Source: an uncultured Candidatus Saccharibacteria bacterium
GTDB lineage: Bacteria > Patescibacteriota > Saccharimonadia > Saccharimonadales > UBA10212
Assembly (NCBI GenBank): GCA_964460855.1
Contig: CAYWQH010000004.1
Location: 39,015-103,014 of the forward strand
DNA length: 64,000 nt
Direction: 5' to 3'
In this document: piece by piece, positions 36,227 through 45,139 of the stretch
Layout: each line of letters starts with the position of its first letter
Numbering within the stretch: the first letter of the stretch is position 1
The notes under the pieces: generated by a model
What the model was told of the DNA's origin: nothing
The model's database searches: none
What the model saw: only the letters and a program-made list of their open reading frames with translations
Position numbers and translations under genes: made by a program

Positions 36227-38905
36227 TTAGCGGAGCTTAATTTCGTGCTCGCCGGAAGTCATTTGGTTAGTCTTAACAGGGGTAATAACCTGCCCTGCCG
36301 GGGCAGTGTCTGCAGATTTATTCTTGCGCCGGCGCGAGCGCGAGCGTTTGCGCTTGGGCTTGTCGGCGTCCTGGTTGGCCGGGGCTGGCTGTTGCTGTTG
36401 GCTTGGCTTATGGTCTTCGGCGGCCCTCATTATCAGGCTGGCGGCGCCTTGCAGTTTATTCGGCGAATTAGCTGCGGTCCGCTGTGCAGCGGGGGTGGCC
36501 GGTTGGTTGGCTTCGATCTTTTTTAAGTCTTTGGCGGTAGTCATGCTGGGCCTTTGGGGTGGTTTTTGGGCGGAGTTTACATTCGGGGTGTGGGTTTGGC
36601 GGATAATGTCTTCTACCACCGACCGGTCCTGGGAGTAGCGTTCGCGGCTTAAGCGGATGATTTCGGCAGTATGGTCGGCCGGCGCCGGCGGTATTTGCAG
36701 CGTTTTGGCCGAAAATGCCGGGGCTTTTTCGCCGTGGATCATCATGGTAGTTACGAAAAAGCGGCTGTGCTGCTGGATTAAGTCGCCGGCTTCGAATTGC
36801 GGCTCAAAGTATTTTTGCAAAAACGGGGCGTCATCGGGGCTGATCCTGAAACAAACTATAGAGCCGACATTACCGAACACGGCATTTCGGACCGGCTCGC
36901 TCATCTGTGATATATACTGGTTGGCTACCGTTAAGTTGAGGGCGTATTTACGGGCTTCGCTTAAAATAACGGCGAACGAATCGGTAGCGAAGTTCTGGAA
37001 TTCATCGACGTACAAGTAAAACGGCCGGCGCTGGTCTTCGGGCACATCGGCACGGCTCATAGCCGACAGCTGGATTTTGGTAACCATTAAGGCGCCCAAA
37101 ATGGCAGCATTATCTTCGCCCACCAGTCCGCGGCTTAAGTTGACGATCAATATTTTGCCCTCGTCCATGATTTTACGGATATTAAACGTGCCCTTGGGCT
37201 GGCCGATAATGTTGCGGATCATCGGGTTGGCCGTAAATGCCCCCACTTTGTTTAATACCGGCGCCACGGCTTCGGTGGCAAACTTCTCGTTCCAGCTGGC
37301 GAACTCGGTAATCCAAAAGTTTTTAACTACCGGGTCGTCGATATAGCTTATGACGTCGTTTCTAAAGGCTTTTTCGGTTAACATACGGGTTATGTCCAAC
37401 ATCGTGGAGTTCGGGTAGTCCAGCAGCGCCAGGAGCGTGTAGCGCAGGATGTATTCCAGCCGCGGCCCCCAGCTTTCGAACATCCGCTTCATAACACCTA
37501 CAATTTCCGAGCTAATATGGTTTTTGAGTGTCGGGTCGGTTACTTCCAGCGGATTAAAGCCAACCGGGTAAGCGCCGTCGGACGGGTTAAAGTAAACGAC
37601 GTCATCGATCCTTCTTTCGGGAATGAACGATAAGATGTGCTGGGCGTAGTCGCCGTGGGGGTCGATTACCGCGAAACCCTGGTCGTAATAAATATCCGAT
37701 AAGGTCAGCAGCTCCAAAGCACCGGATTTACCAGTACCGGTTTGGCCGAGGATGTATATATGGCGGCTGCGGTCCGAGCGGTAAACGCCGTATATGGTGT
37801 TATCGCCGCGGAAATTAGTCACGCCAAACAGGCTGATGTCGGATTCGGCGCCCGGCACTTGCACCGGTATATTGGGCGGCGGTTCGGCCGTTTTGGTTGT
37901 GGCCCACACTATATTAGGGGTTTCCACGGAGGTATGCGGCAGGTGGAAAAGGCTAGCCAGCTCTTCGATATTTAAAATAAAACCGTGGTCGATAAAGAAG
38001 CGGGCCTGGTATTCGATTTGTTTGTCGCGGCCATACGACGGTGACTTAGAAGTAAAACCATTTAAATTGGTAGTATTGTACTGCTTAAAGGCGCCCACCA
38101 TGGCTTGCATCCTTAACCGGGCAGTCGGCTGGTCGTGGCCAGCGTATAAAATCCTGATTTTAACCTGGTAGCCTAGCTTGGTGCTCTTCTCTTCTATGGC
38201 CGAGATGCGGGTTTTATCGCGGTCGCTTAAATCCGGCGCGCCGGTAGCCGTGGCCGAGGCTTCCGGCGGTTTTACCAGGGCGGCGATCATCTGGCCGGTA
38301 AATTGCAGGGTGGCTCCCCCCGCCCCGCTAAAGATGCTGCCTTTGCCCGATTTAATTTTGCTTATCATCTTGGCGCCGCGCTTATGCCAGTCGTCGCCGA
38401 TCGGCCGGGCCATGATCTGGATCCAAACTTCTTCGTCGTCTTTGTCCAGTTTGGCTAAAGTAGCAGTGATGGCCGCCAAGGGGTCAACTTCGAAGCTAGG
38501 GAAAGTTTTAATTGGCAGGGTTTCGTTATCAGTAAGAGCCAGCTCGGCCGTGTGTATTATGCTTTGGCTGAGCTTGCGCTCGGCGTAATCTTCGGTTTGC
38601 TCATATATCTGTACCGTCGGGTATTGGGCGTAAATTTGGCCCTCAACGAAAGGCTGTAAGTGTTTGGGCGTCCATATATAAAACCGGATGCGTTGGCCAA
38701 TGGCGGCAATTTCCAGGCTGATATGTTCTTGCAAATGCCCGGAACTTTTAATCTCCCGTTTGGTCCGCAAAATACCGTGCAAGGCAGCCAGCATTTGTTC
38801 GGCGGCCAATTCTTTTTTATCATTGGCCCGCGGTATTTCAAGCATTAGCAAACAGTGCTCGTGTGAAGCACCGCTTGTTTGACGCTTGTTACCTAATATG
38901 CCCAT
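36227..38905 (-). CDS. Soluble VirD4/TraD(TrwB)-like P-loop ATPase with large N-terminal domain and basic tail
   Basis: Walker A GQTGTGKSG and Walker B FYLYVDEFQNF, with T4CP-like downstream motifs (TVANQY). No N-terminal TM helices. The C-terminal ~140 aa are Pro/Lys/Arg-rich (KPKRKRSRSRRRKNK). Confidence 0.8.
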   Translation of the reverse strand: MGILGNKRQTSGASHEHCLLMLEIPRANDKKELAAEQMLAALHGILRTKREIKSSGHLQEHISLEIAAIGQRIRFYIWTPKHLQPFVEGQIYAQYPTVQIYEQTEDYAERKLSQSIIHTAELALTDNETLPIKTFPSFEVDPLAAITATLAKLDKDDEEVWIQIMARPIGDDWHKRGAKMISKIKSGKGSIFSGAGGATLQFTGQMIAALVKPPEASATATGAPDLSDRDKTRISAIEEKSTKLGYQVKIRILYAGHDQPTARLRMQAMVGAFKQYNTTNLNGFTSKSPSYGRDKQIEYQARFFIDHGFILNIEELASLFHLPHTSVETPNIVWATTKTAEPPPNIPVQVPGAESDISLFGVTNFRGDNTIYGVYRSDRSRHIYILGQTGTGKSGALELLTLSDIYYDQGFAVIDPHGDYAQHILSFIPERRIDDVVYFNPSDGAYPVGFNPLEVTDPTLKNHISSEIVGVMKRMFESWGPRLEYILRYTLLALLDYPNSTMLDITRMLTEKAFRNDVISYIDDPVVKNFWITEFASWNEKFATEAVAPVLNKVGAFTANPMIRNIIGQPKGTFNIRKIMDEGKILIVNLSRGLVGEDNAAILGALMVTKIQLSAMSRADVPEDQRRPFYLYVDEFQNFATDSFAVILSEARKYALNLTVANQYISQMSEPVRNAVFGNVGSIVCFRISPDDAPFLQKYFEPQFEAGDLIQQHSRFFVTTMMIHGEKAPAFSAKTLQIPPAPADHTAEIIRLSRERYSQDRSVVEDIIRQTHTPNVNSAQKPPQRPSMTTAKDLKKIEANQPATPAAQRTAANSPNKLQGAASLIMRAAEDHKPSQQQQPAPANQDADKPKRKRSRSRRRKNKSADTAPAGQVITPVKTNQMTSGEHEIKLR

Positions 38906-38977
38906 ATAAGTTCTCTTTAAAACACAAAAAGCCCCTGTTTAGAGGAGCTTTCGTGTTTAATTATACTACGCTGCTGC

Positions 38978-40015
38978 TTATTCAGCTAGGGCGTAAGTAG
39001 CTTTGGCTACCCGTTTGAACTGCGGTTTGCCTTGTAAATTTAAAAGGATAGTCGTTTCTTTAACCTGGCGCTTTTTAAGCACCCGCTTGACGATTTCGTC
39101 GCGGTGCAGCGGACCGTTTTCTTTGCGCAATACATCGGCGATAACATCGGCGACCGTGCCCTTGGAATAGCCCCATTCGCGCAGGGCGTAAATACCGCGG
39201 CCGATAAGTACGAACCGTTTGTCCTTGATAAGTTCGTTATGGATAGCCTGCGTGGTTACGTCTTTGCGGCGGAAGTCGCTGCCTTTAATGGCATCGGAAA
39301 TTTCGTTAAAGTGCATCGGTTTGCCCTTTTCGCTCAAAATAACGTAAATTTTATCGCGGATATTTTTAGGGTTAACCAGCGGCCACTTTACCAAACCCCA
39401 GCGGCCATTTAAGGTGGCGATATTCTTGGAAATGCCGGCTAGCGCCTGCACGTGTTTAGGGTCGGTATGGTTGATGCGCTGCCGGATGGTATCGATATCC
39501 GTAGGCTGGCCAATAGCTTTTATAGCTTCGATTATGCGGTTAACGAAGTCGCGGATTGCTTTTTCGGTATGGTCGGCGGCAATGCCGACGGCGTGGAAAA
39601 AGTGGTCGTTATCGTCAATTAAGGCAATATTCGGGCTTAGCTGTGCCAGGAATGCAACCCTGGCCTGGTTGATTTTGCTATTATCATCGGTGATTTTAGC
39701 GGTCAGTTCACTTATTCGGGCCACTTTGCCCATCTCGTTTAAATAGCCGATTAATATATCGTCTACCTCTTGCATATGGGGCAAATCGGTAGTGGCGCTG
39801 GCTTTTAGCTTGGCGACAGCCGCTTTTTCCAGCTGGCGGACCCGCTCGCGGGTAATATTAAGCAACTCGCCGATCTGTTCGAGAGTTTCTTTGCGTTCGA
39901 ACAAGCCAAACCGGCGGGCGACAATTTCGCGCTCGCGTTCCCGGTCGATGGTAGCTAAGACGTCATTAATAACCTGTTCCAGGTTGAGTTGGCGCGTTGC
40001 TTCAGCTTGTTCCAT
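38978..40015 (-). CDS. Sigma-70 region-4-like HTH fused to two HARE-HTH-like winged-helix modules
   Basis: The N-terminus EIVARRFGL...TLEQIGELLNITRERVRQLEKAAVAKLK is a region 4.2 pattern. Two later segments resemble the RpoE-delta/HARE-HTH type (KPMHFNEISDAI, GPLHRDEIVKRV). Confidence 0.6.
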   Translation of the reverse strand: MEQAEATRQLNLEQVINDVLATIDREREREIVARRFGLFERKETLEQIGELLNITRERVRQLEKAAVAKLKASATTDLPHMQEVDDILIGYLNEMGKVARISELTAKITDDNSKINQARVAFLAQLSPNIALIDDNDHFFHAVGIAADHTEKAIRDFVNRIIEAIKAIGQPTDIDTIRQRINHTDPKHVQALAGISKNIATLNGRWGLVKWPLVNPKNIRDKIYVILSEKGKPMHFNEISDAIKGSDFRRKDVTTQAIHNELIKDKRFVLIGRGIYALREWGYSKGTVADVIADVLRKENGPLHRDEIVKRVLKKRQVKETTILLNLQGKPQFKRVAKATYALAE

Positions 40016-40178
40016 AAATTAATAATCCTCTCGCTTAGGGAGTCCCTAAATACAAGTTTTATTATGCTTATTATAAAACGTAAATTTTTAAAAGTCAAAC
40101 TTAGGGTTTTACATACTTAATATAACACCAAATAGACGTATTGGCATAATACGTTTATGCTAAATTACTACAAAATAT

Positions 40179-40206
40179 AGTGGATAAGTGATCAAAATGT
40201 GGATAA
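40179..40206 (+). promoter_or_regulatory. Two DnaA-box-like 9-mers in an AT-rich spacer
   Basis: AGTGGATAA (40179-40187, one mismatch) and TGTGGATAA (40198-40206, perfect). They are direct repeats 19 bp apart, just downstream of the topA stop and about 165-190 bp upstream of the sigma-r4/HARE-HTH gene. Confidence 0.35.
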
Positions 40207-40211
40207 GTATA

Positions 40212-42497
40212 TTATTTTGGCGCCCGGCGGCGAAAACTCTTTTTGGCCGGAGCTTCTGCTAATAATTTGGCGGCCGATTTGGCCGTTAGTTTTTTCGGGT
40301 CGGTTTCCTTAGGAATGCGGGCATTCTTTTTGCCATCTGTTACATAAGGTCCATACGGTCCGTTTAAAATTTTGATTTTGCCGAAATCGGCTATATTTTT
40401 ATTGGCTTCCTGCTCCATTTTTTTTGCGTAAAACTCGCGGGCCTCGTCTTCGGTGATAGTAAACGGGTCTTCGGGCTTTATGCTGACGAACTTCTTCTCG
40501 ACTTGGATGTAGGGGCCGAAACGACCGATATTGGCGTGGATTTCTTTGCCGTCGGTAGTTTTGCCGACCAGCCGCGGCAATTTAAACATACTTAATGCTT
40601 CTTCTAAAGTTACCGATTCTAACGTTGCTCCGGTAGGCATTGGGGCAAATTTAGGCTTTTCTTCGTCTTCGGCTTCACCGATCTGCAGCATCGGGCCGTA
40701 GCGGCCGTAGCGGGCTATTACCGGCCGGCCACTGGCCGGGTCTTTGCCCAGCTTGCGGGCCTGGGAGGTTTCGGCCCGGCTGACCGATTCGCTCTTGTGC
40801 AGCAGTGGTACGAAATCCTTATAAAAATCCTGGATCATTGCCTGCCACTCAAGCTTGCCGTCGGCGATATTATCCAGCTCGTCTTCGGCCTTGGCGGTAA
40901 AATCATAATCGACGATGCTGGCAAAATGCTTGGTCAAAAAATCGGTTACCATATCTGCCAGGTATGTCGGCACCAGCTTATTGCGGTCGGCGCCGTACCT
41001 CTCGGTGGCGTTGGATTTCTCGACTTTATCGCCCTTAAGTTCTAACCGGTTTACCTCGCGCTCCTGGCCCTCGAGGTCTTTTTTCTCGATATAACCCCGG
41101 TCTTGGATAACGCTAATGGTCGGGGCGTAGGTGCTGGGCCGGCCAATGCCCATCTCTTCGAGGTTTTTAACCAGGCTGGCTTCGCTATAACGGGCCGGCG
41201 GCCGGCTGAACACTTGCAGGCCTTCGGCCGTATCGAGCCTTAGCTTATCACCGGCTTTAACGGCCGGCAGAATCACGTCATCCTTGCCGCCGCCGTACAC
41301 TTTAAGATAACCGTCAAATATCAGTACTTCGCCTTTGGCCAGGAACTTCTCTTTCCGGTTACTGATATCTATGATTACTTCGGTGCGCTGGACTTTGGCC
41401 GAAGACATTTGGGATGCCAATGCCCGGCGCCAGACTAATTCGTATAAACGTTTTTGCTGGGCATCGGCGCCGGCGCTGAGCTTGTGGAAGTCAGTCGGCC
41501 GGATAGCTTCGTGGGCCTCTTGTGCGGATTCGCTTTTGGTGGCGTATTGTTTAGAGTTGCTATATTCAACTCCGTAATACTTATTAATATATTGTTTGGC
41601 GCTGTCGATGGCGATTTGCGAAATAATGGTGCTGTCGGTACGCATATAAGTAATATGCCCGTTTTCGTACAGGCGTTGGGCCAGCGTCATAGTCTGGCGG
41701 ACACTAAAACCTAGCTTGCGCGAGGCTTCCTGCTGCAAAGTTGAGGTGGTAAACGGCGGGCTGGCCGACTTGGTGCCGGGTTTTTGGTCGAGGCTGGCTA
41801 CTTTAAACTCGGCCTTAACGCAGTCGCTTAAAAACTTAGCGGCCGTATCTTTGCCGGCAAACCGTTCCGGCAGCTCGGCCCTAAGTTCTTGCTTGCCAGC
41901 TTTAAAAACAGCGGTAATTTTATATTTCGAATCGGATTGGTGGTCTTGGATTTCGCGCTCGCGTTCGACAATTAAGCGCACGGCAACACTCTGGACGCGG
42001 CCGGCGCTGAGGCCAGCCTGCACTTTTTTCCATAGTACGGGGCTCAGCTCATAACCAACCAAACGGTCCAGTACCCGGCGGGCCTGCTGGGCGTCTACCA
42101 GGTGTCGGTCTACTTTGCGCGGCGATTCGATGGCTTTTTCTATGGCCGGTTTGGTAATTTCGTGGAAAACAATGCGGTGGGTATCTTTAGGATCGAGATT
42201 TAGCGCTTCGGTTAAATGCCAGGCAATAGCTTCGCCTTCGCGGTCTTCATCGCTGGCCAGCCAAACGGTATGGCCTTTGGCCAGTTTCTTAAGCTCATTA
42301 ACCACCTTTTGCTTGTCGGGACTGATTTCGTAGGTCGGCTCAAAGTTATGGTCTAAATCAACGCCTAAACCTTTTTTTGGCAAGTCGCGGATGTGCCCGA
42401 AACTGCTTTTGACGATATAGTCGTTTCCAAGGTATTTTTCGATAGTTTTGGCTTTTGCCGGGCTTTCAACGATTACTAGGTTCTTTTTTCCTGCCAT
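40212..42497 (-). CDS. topA: DNA topoisomerase I
   Basis: Toprim domain LVIVESPAKAKTIEKYLG, catalytic Tyr context ITYMRTDS, 761 aa. Confidence 0.96.
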   Translation of the reverse strand: MAGKKNLVIVESPAKAKTIEKYLGNDYIVKSSFGHIRDLPKKGLGVDLDHNFEPTYEISPDKQKVVNELKKLAKGHTVWLASDEDREGEAIAWHLTEALNLDPKDTHRIVFHEITKPAIEKAIESPRKVDRHLVDAQQARRVLDRLVGYELSPVLWKKVQAGLSAGRVQSVAVRLIVEREREIQDHQSDSKYKITAVFKAGKQELRAELPERFAGKDTAAKFLSDCVKAEFKVASLDQKPGTKSASPPFTTSTLQQEASRKLGFSVRQTMTLAQRLYENGHITYMRTDSTIISQIAIDSAKQYINKYYGVEYSNSKQYATKSESAQEAHEAIRPTDFHKLSAGADAQQKRLYELVWRRALASQMSSAKVQRTEVIIDISNRKEKFLAKGEVLIFDGYLKVYGGGKDDVILPAVKAGDKLRLDTAEGLQVFSRPPARYSEASLVKNLEEMGIGRPSTYAPTISVIQDRGYIEKKDLEGQEREVNRLELKGDKVEKSNATERYGADRNKLVPTYLADMVTDFLTKHFASIVDYDFTAKAEDELDNIADGKLEWQAMIQDFYKDFVPLLHKSESVSRAETSQARKLGKDPASGRPVIARYGRYGPMLQIGEAEDEEKPKFAPMPTGATLESVTLEEALSMFKLPRLVGKTTDGKEIHANIGRFGPYIQVEKKFVSIKPEDPFTITEDEAREFYAKKMEQEANKNIADFGKIKILNGPYGPYVTDGKKNARIPKETDPKKLTAKSAAKLLAEAPAKKSFRRRAPK

Positions 42498-42542
42498 ATT
42501 CTCGAAGTAGCCTACGATACGCCGGATAATAATGCAAGTGGT

Positions 42543-43412
42543 TTAAGCCGCCAGCGTCCAGTGGCCGGCCCCCAGTGGTTTTATATGGCCTTTTATTTCT
42601 AGCTGGGTCAGCAGCGAATAAAATTGGGCCGGCGGCAGCTGGCAGGCCTGGGCGATTAATTGCTGGTCGCTTATGCCCCCGCGCAAGGCCTCCACAACTG
42701 CTTGTTCGTCTTTGGATAAGCCGGCAATAGCCAGCAATTTGGTTTGCTTTGGCAGTGGCACGCCCAAGGCAAATAGCAGTTCTGTCTCGTTAGTAATCGG
42801 AGTAGCGCCGCTTTTTATAAGGTTATTGCAGCCTTCGCTGCCCGGCTGGTCGATGTTGCCTGGTACGGCTAAAACGCTTTTGCCCAGCTCCAGGGCGAAG
42901 CGGGCGGTGTGCAAGCTGCCACTTTTTAAGGCGGCTTCGGTTATTAAAACGCAGTCCGCCAGGGCGGCCATTATGCGGTTGCGGGCAATAAAAGAAGTTT
43001 TATATATTTCGCTGCCCTCGGGGTACTCGCTTACCAGGCTGCCGCCGCTTTGCAATATTTGCCGCGATAGCCCGTAATGGCTGGCCGGGTAAATATTATC
43101 CAAAGCTGCCGGCAAAACTGCTACGGTTTGGCCGCCGGCGTTGATACAGGCCTGGTGGGCGATTGAGTCTATGCCAAGCGCCAGCCCGCTGATAATTACC
43201 ACCCCGGCCCGGCTGGCTGCCGCCGCTAATTTTTCGGTTGCCGCCCGCCCGTAGCGGCTGGCTTTACGGCTGCCCACCACAGCCAATTTCGGCTTATCGG
43301 CCCACTCTTCGTAGCCGGCGCCCTCAATGTATATCTGGCGCGGCGGCTGAGGCAAATACGTCAGAGGTAACGGCAAGATATCCCCGGTAAGCTTAAGAGT
43401 ATTGACAATCAT
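42543..43412 (-). CDS. dprA: DNA-processing protein DprA
   Basis: Rossmann-like core GLALGIDSIAHQ and a C-terminal winged helix. The dprA-topA adjacency is classic. Confidence 0.9.
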   Translation of the reverse strand: MIVNTLKLTGDILPLPLTYLPQPPRQIYIEGAGYEEWADKPKLAVVGSRKASRYGRAATEKLAAAASRAGVVIISGLALGIDSIAHQACINAGGQTVAVLPAALDNIYPASHYGLSRQILQSGGSLVSEYPEGSEIYKTSFIARNRIMAALADCVLITEAALKSGSLHTARFALELGKSVLAVPGNIDQPGSEGCNNLIKSGATPITNETELLFALGVPLPKQTKLLAIAGLSKDEQAVVEALRGGISDQQLIAQACQLPPAQFYSLLTQLEIKGHIKPLGAGHWTLAA

Positions 43413-43431
43413 ACTATATTGTTACTTAGTA

Positions 43432-43460
43432 TTGACATAATGCCATGTTTTTGCTAAAAT
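43432..43460 (+). promoter_or_regulatory. Near-consensus sigma70-type promoter facing the gene-free region
   Basis: TTGACA (43432-43437), an exact 17-nt spacer, then TAAAAT (43455-43460). Confidence 0.6.
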
Positions 43461-43466
43461 GACAAT

Positions 43467-43822
43467 CCGTAAGCGTGATTATCGCGTTTTAGCACCTTAT
43501 ACCCCCAACTTTTCTAACTATTAGTTAGATTGTTTTAGAGCGAGCCACTGCAAGTTGTTACCCTCCACTTACTTTGGCGTCCGCTGGACTCGTCCGGCAA
43601 AGACGCTCTAAAACAAACTAACCCCTTTAACCACGCTCTTCCCCTCGTTTTATTTGAGTGTTAGGCAAGAGACGTCCAACCTTTGTGTGGGCCTGCAAGC
43701 ATTTTCTGCTAACAGGAAGGCCTTCAAGGTGGGTTGAAGGGTGTAATTTGGGCTTGAGCTTAAGTTCGAGCCCCAAAATGGCTTCCGGCGGTGCCCACCC
43801 CCTCCGGAAGCCTTTTTGGTTT
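43467..43822 (+). ncRNA. Candidate ~350-nt structured non-coding transcript (class unknown)
   Basis: Bounded by the promoter above and the terminator at 43780-43822. Contains a 12-bp stem (43531-43542/43604-43615) and hairpins at 43721-43740 and 43750-43773. No ORF has both an SD and a plausible sequence. Confidence 0.3.
43780..43822 (+). terminator. Intrinsic terminator
   Basis: GGCTTCCGG (43780-43788) pairs with CCGGAAGCC (43804-43812), followed by TTTTTGGTTT. Confidence 0.7.
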
Positions 43823-44048
43823 CATTAATAATATAAGCTAAGCAACTGGTGCCCACCCGCTCGTCATTTTCTGCTGAAAATGCTCGCAGGCCCGCCTCGG
43901 CGCCGTCGCGCCTGCGGCCTTGCGAGATACCCCCGGCATCTCTCACCCTCTGGTGGCTCTTTACATTTATGCACTATTAATTGGTTAATCGAACCACATC
44001 CCACATCACGCTACTCATGTTGCACTTAATTTATTACACGCTCCTAAA

Positions 44049-44077
44049 TTGCTTAATTATTTTTAAGCTGTTATAAA
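44049..44077 (+). promoter_or_regulatory. Promoter of mini-gene 1
   Basis: TTGCTT, 17 nt, TATAAA. Confidence 0.55.
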
Positions 44078-44130
44078 AGTGCGGTGTGGAAGCCTCCACG
44101 CAACCTTCACAACGCAACAGGAGCGGTGGC

Positions 44131-44373
44131 GTGATTAATTCGTTTACGTACTTTTTTGGACGTCTGCTCATCAACAAGTGGTTCCATGGCTGCTACTTGG
44201 CAGTCTGCTTCTGGATCGGCATCGCCTACCCCGGTGAGCTCAGCATGAAATTCATGCTGGAATCGTTCTTCGCCGGGGCCGCATTGCTGTTCGTCCTGGT
44301 CATCGTCGGCTACCGGCTGATGATCGCCAGCGAACGGTACACGCACAAGCGCTACGGGCCCGGGCTATGGTAG
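44131..44373 (+). CDS. Mini-gene 1: 80-aa predicted 2-TM peptide
   Basis: GTG 44131 lies 7 nt after AGGAG (44119-44123). The track start 44086 has no SD. Two hydrophobic helices and a basic tail (ERYTHKRYGPGLW). GC-rich third codon positions. The stop lies inside a GCCCGGGC/GCCCGGGC hairpin (44358-44390). Confidence 0.5.
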   Translation: MINSFTYFFGRLLINKWFHGCYLAVCFWIGIAYPGELSMKFMLESFFAGAALLFVLVIVGYRLMIASERYTHKRYGPGLW

Positions 44374-44425
44374 TAATACCACGCCCGGGCTTCGGCCCTC
44401 TCCTGTTGCGAAATTTATCCTGCTT

Positions 44426-44454
44426 TTGCTAATTACTTAATTTAATGTTATAAC
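44426..44454 (+). promoter_or_regulatory. Promoter of mini-gene 2
   Basis: TTGCTA, 17 nt, TATAAC. Confidence 0.55.
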
Positions 44455-44488
44455 TTTTGGGTCAACAGTTCGTTTTGCCGACGAGGTA

Positions 44489-44689
44489 ATGATGAGCGAT
44501 TCGGAAATGGGTAAGCGCGAGAGCGCAATCTGCTACATCTGCATTTGCGTTGCACTGCCCTTCGCACTGTTCGCGTGCGTAATGCGCAACTGGTCTCCCT
44601 ACGGGTTGATCGCGGCCGTATGCGTGCTGGTGGTGGCAGCAGTCATCGCGAAACCGCTGTGGCGGCCCACCCGCGAAGACACTAGCTAG
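44489..44689 (+). CDS. Mini-gene 2: 65-66-aa predicted 2-TM, Cys-rich peptide
   Basis: GAGG SD, then ATGATG (the start may be 44489 or 44492). Two hydrophobic helices. Followed by a perfect 13-bp hairpin at 44699-44730. Confidence 0.5.
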   Translation: MMSDSEMGKRESAICYICICVALPFALFACVMRNWSPYGLIAAVCVLVVAAVIAKPLWRPTREDTS

Positions 44690-44797
44690 AACTTGGTTGC
44701 GGTAGCGAGGGTTAGTTCCCTCGCTACCGCTCAGCCATCGGACTGTTGACACTTTTCAAAAGTAGCATCGGGTAAGGCAGTTTTTGAAAAGTAAGCA

Positions 44798-44826
44798 TTT
44801 ACAAAATAGTCAATTTATTGTAGAAT
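44798..44826 (+). promoter_or_regulatory. Promoter of mini-gene 3
   Basis: TTTACA, 17 nt, TAGAAT. Confidence 0.6.
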
Positions 44827-44861
44827 ATGCATTAAGTGTTGACCCGCATCTAAGGAGCAGA

Positions 44862-45080
44862 ATGCCCACCATCGTCTCAGTCGATACGATCGAGGCTATC
44901 CTGGCCCACAGACGCCGTCGCGGCCGCATCTACCGCTGGTGGTCCACAATCGGCTGGTACACCGCCGATGACAACCTGAGGAAGAAGCACCAGCGGCGAG
45001 TCGCAAGCCTGGAGGACGAGCGCCTACAGCTCGTTCTCGAGCACCGCCGCGCCGTCGACGAACGGTGTCAGCGCTATTAG
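44862..45080 (+). CDS. Mini-gene 3: 72-aa Arg-rich soluble peptide
   Basis: ATG 44862 lies 4 nt after AAGGAG (44852-44857). The track TTG 44784 would start upstream of the promoter. Sequence is HRRRRGRIYRWW followed by a helical Arg/Glu-rich C-terminus. The stop lies in the loop of an 11-bp hairpin (45065-45089). Confidence 0.5.
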   Translation: MPTIVSVDTIEAILAHRRRRGRIYRWWSTIGWYTADDNLRKKHQRRVASLEDERLQLVLEHRRAVDERCQRY

Positions 45081-45104
45081 CGCTGACACTGCCGCGAAAC
45101 ACTT

Positions 45105-45139
45105 GGGGCCCCGGAGAGATCCGGGGCCCCTTTTGCTTT
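45105..45139 (+). terminator. Intrinsic terminator shared with the 3' end of pth
   Basis: GGGGCCCCGG / CCGGGGCCCC form a perfect 10-bp stem followed by TTTTGCTTT. The pth stop codon (45138-45140, minus strand) lies in the T-tract. Confidence 0.75.

Noticed and set aside
40016-40211. Chromosomal origin (oriC) at the AT-rich spacer with DnaA boxes
   Set aside because: There are only two boxes and no dnaA or dnaN nearby. The flanking genes are co-directional on the minus strand rather than divergent.
43650-43946. 98-aa minus-strand ORF inside the hairpin-dense region
   Set aside because: It has no SD, spans the terminator hairpin and inverted repeats, and has an implausible composition. The region is better explained as non-coding.
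43467-43950. tmRNA, RNase P RNA, SRP RNA or 6S RNA in the dprA-distal gap
   Set aside because: I looked on both strands for GGGGCUG...UCCACCA plus a T-arm and tag frame (tmRNA), GAGGAAAGUCC / ACAGAACCCGGCUUA (RNase P), and GGAAGCAGCC-type domain IV (SRP). None was found. The class remains unknown, and only a covariance-model scan could settle it.
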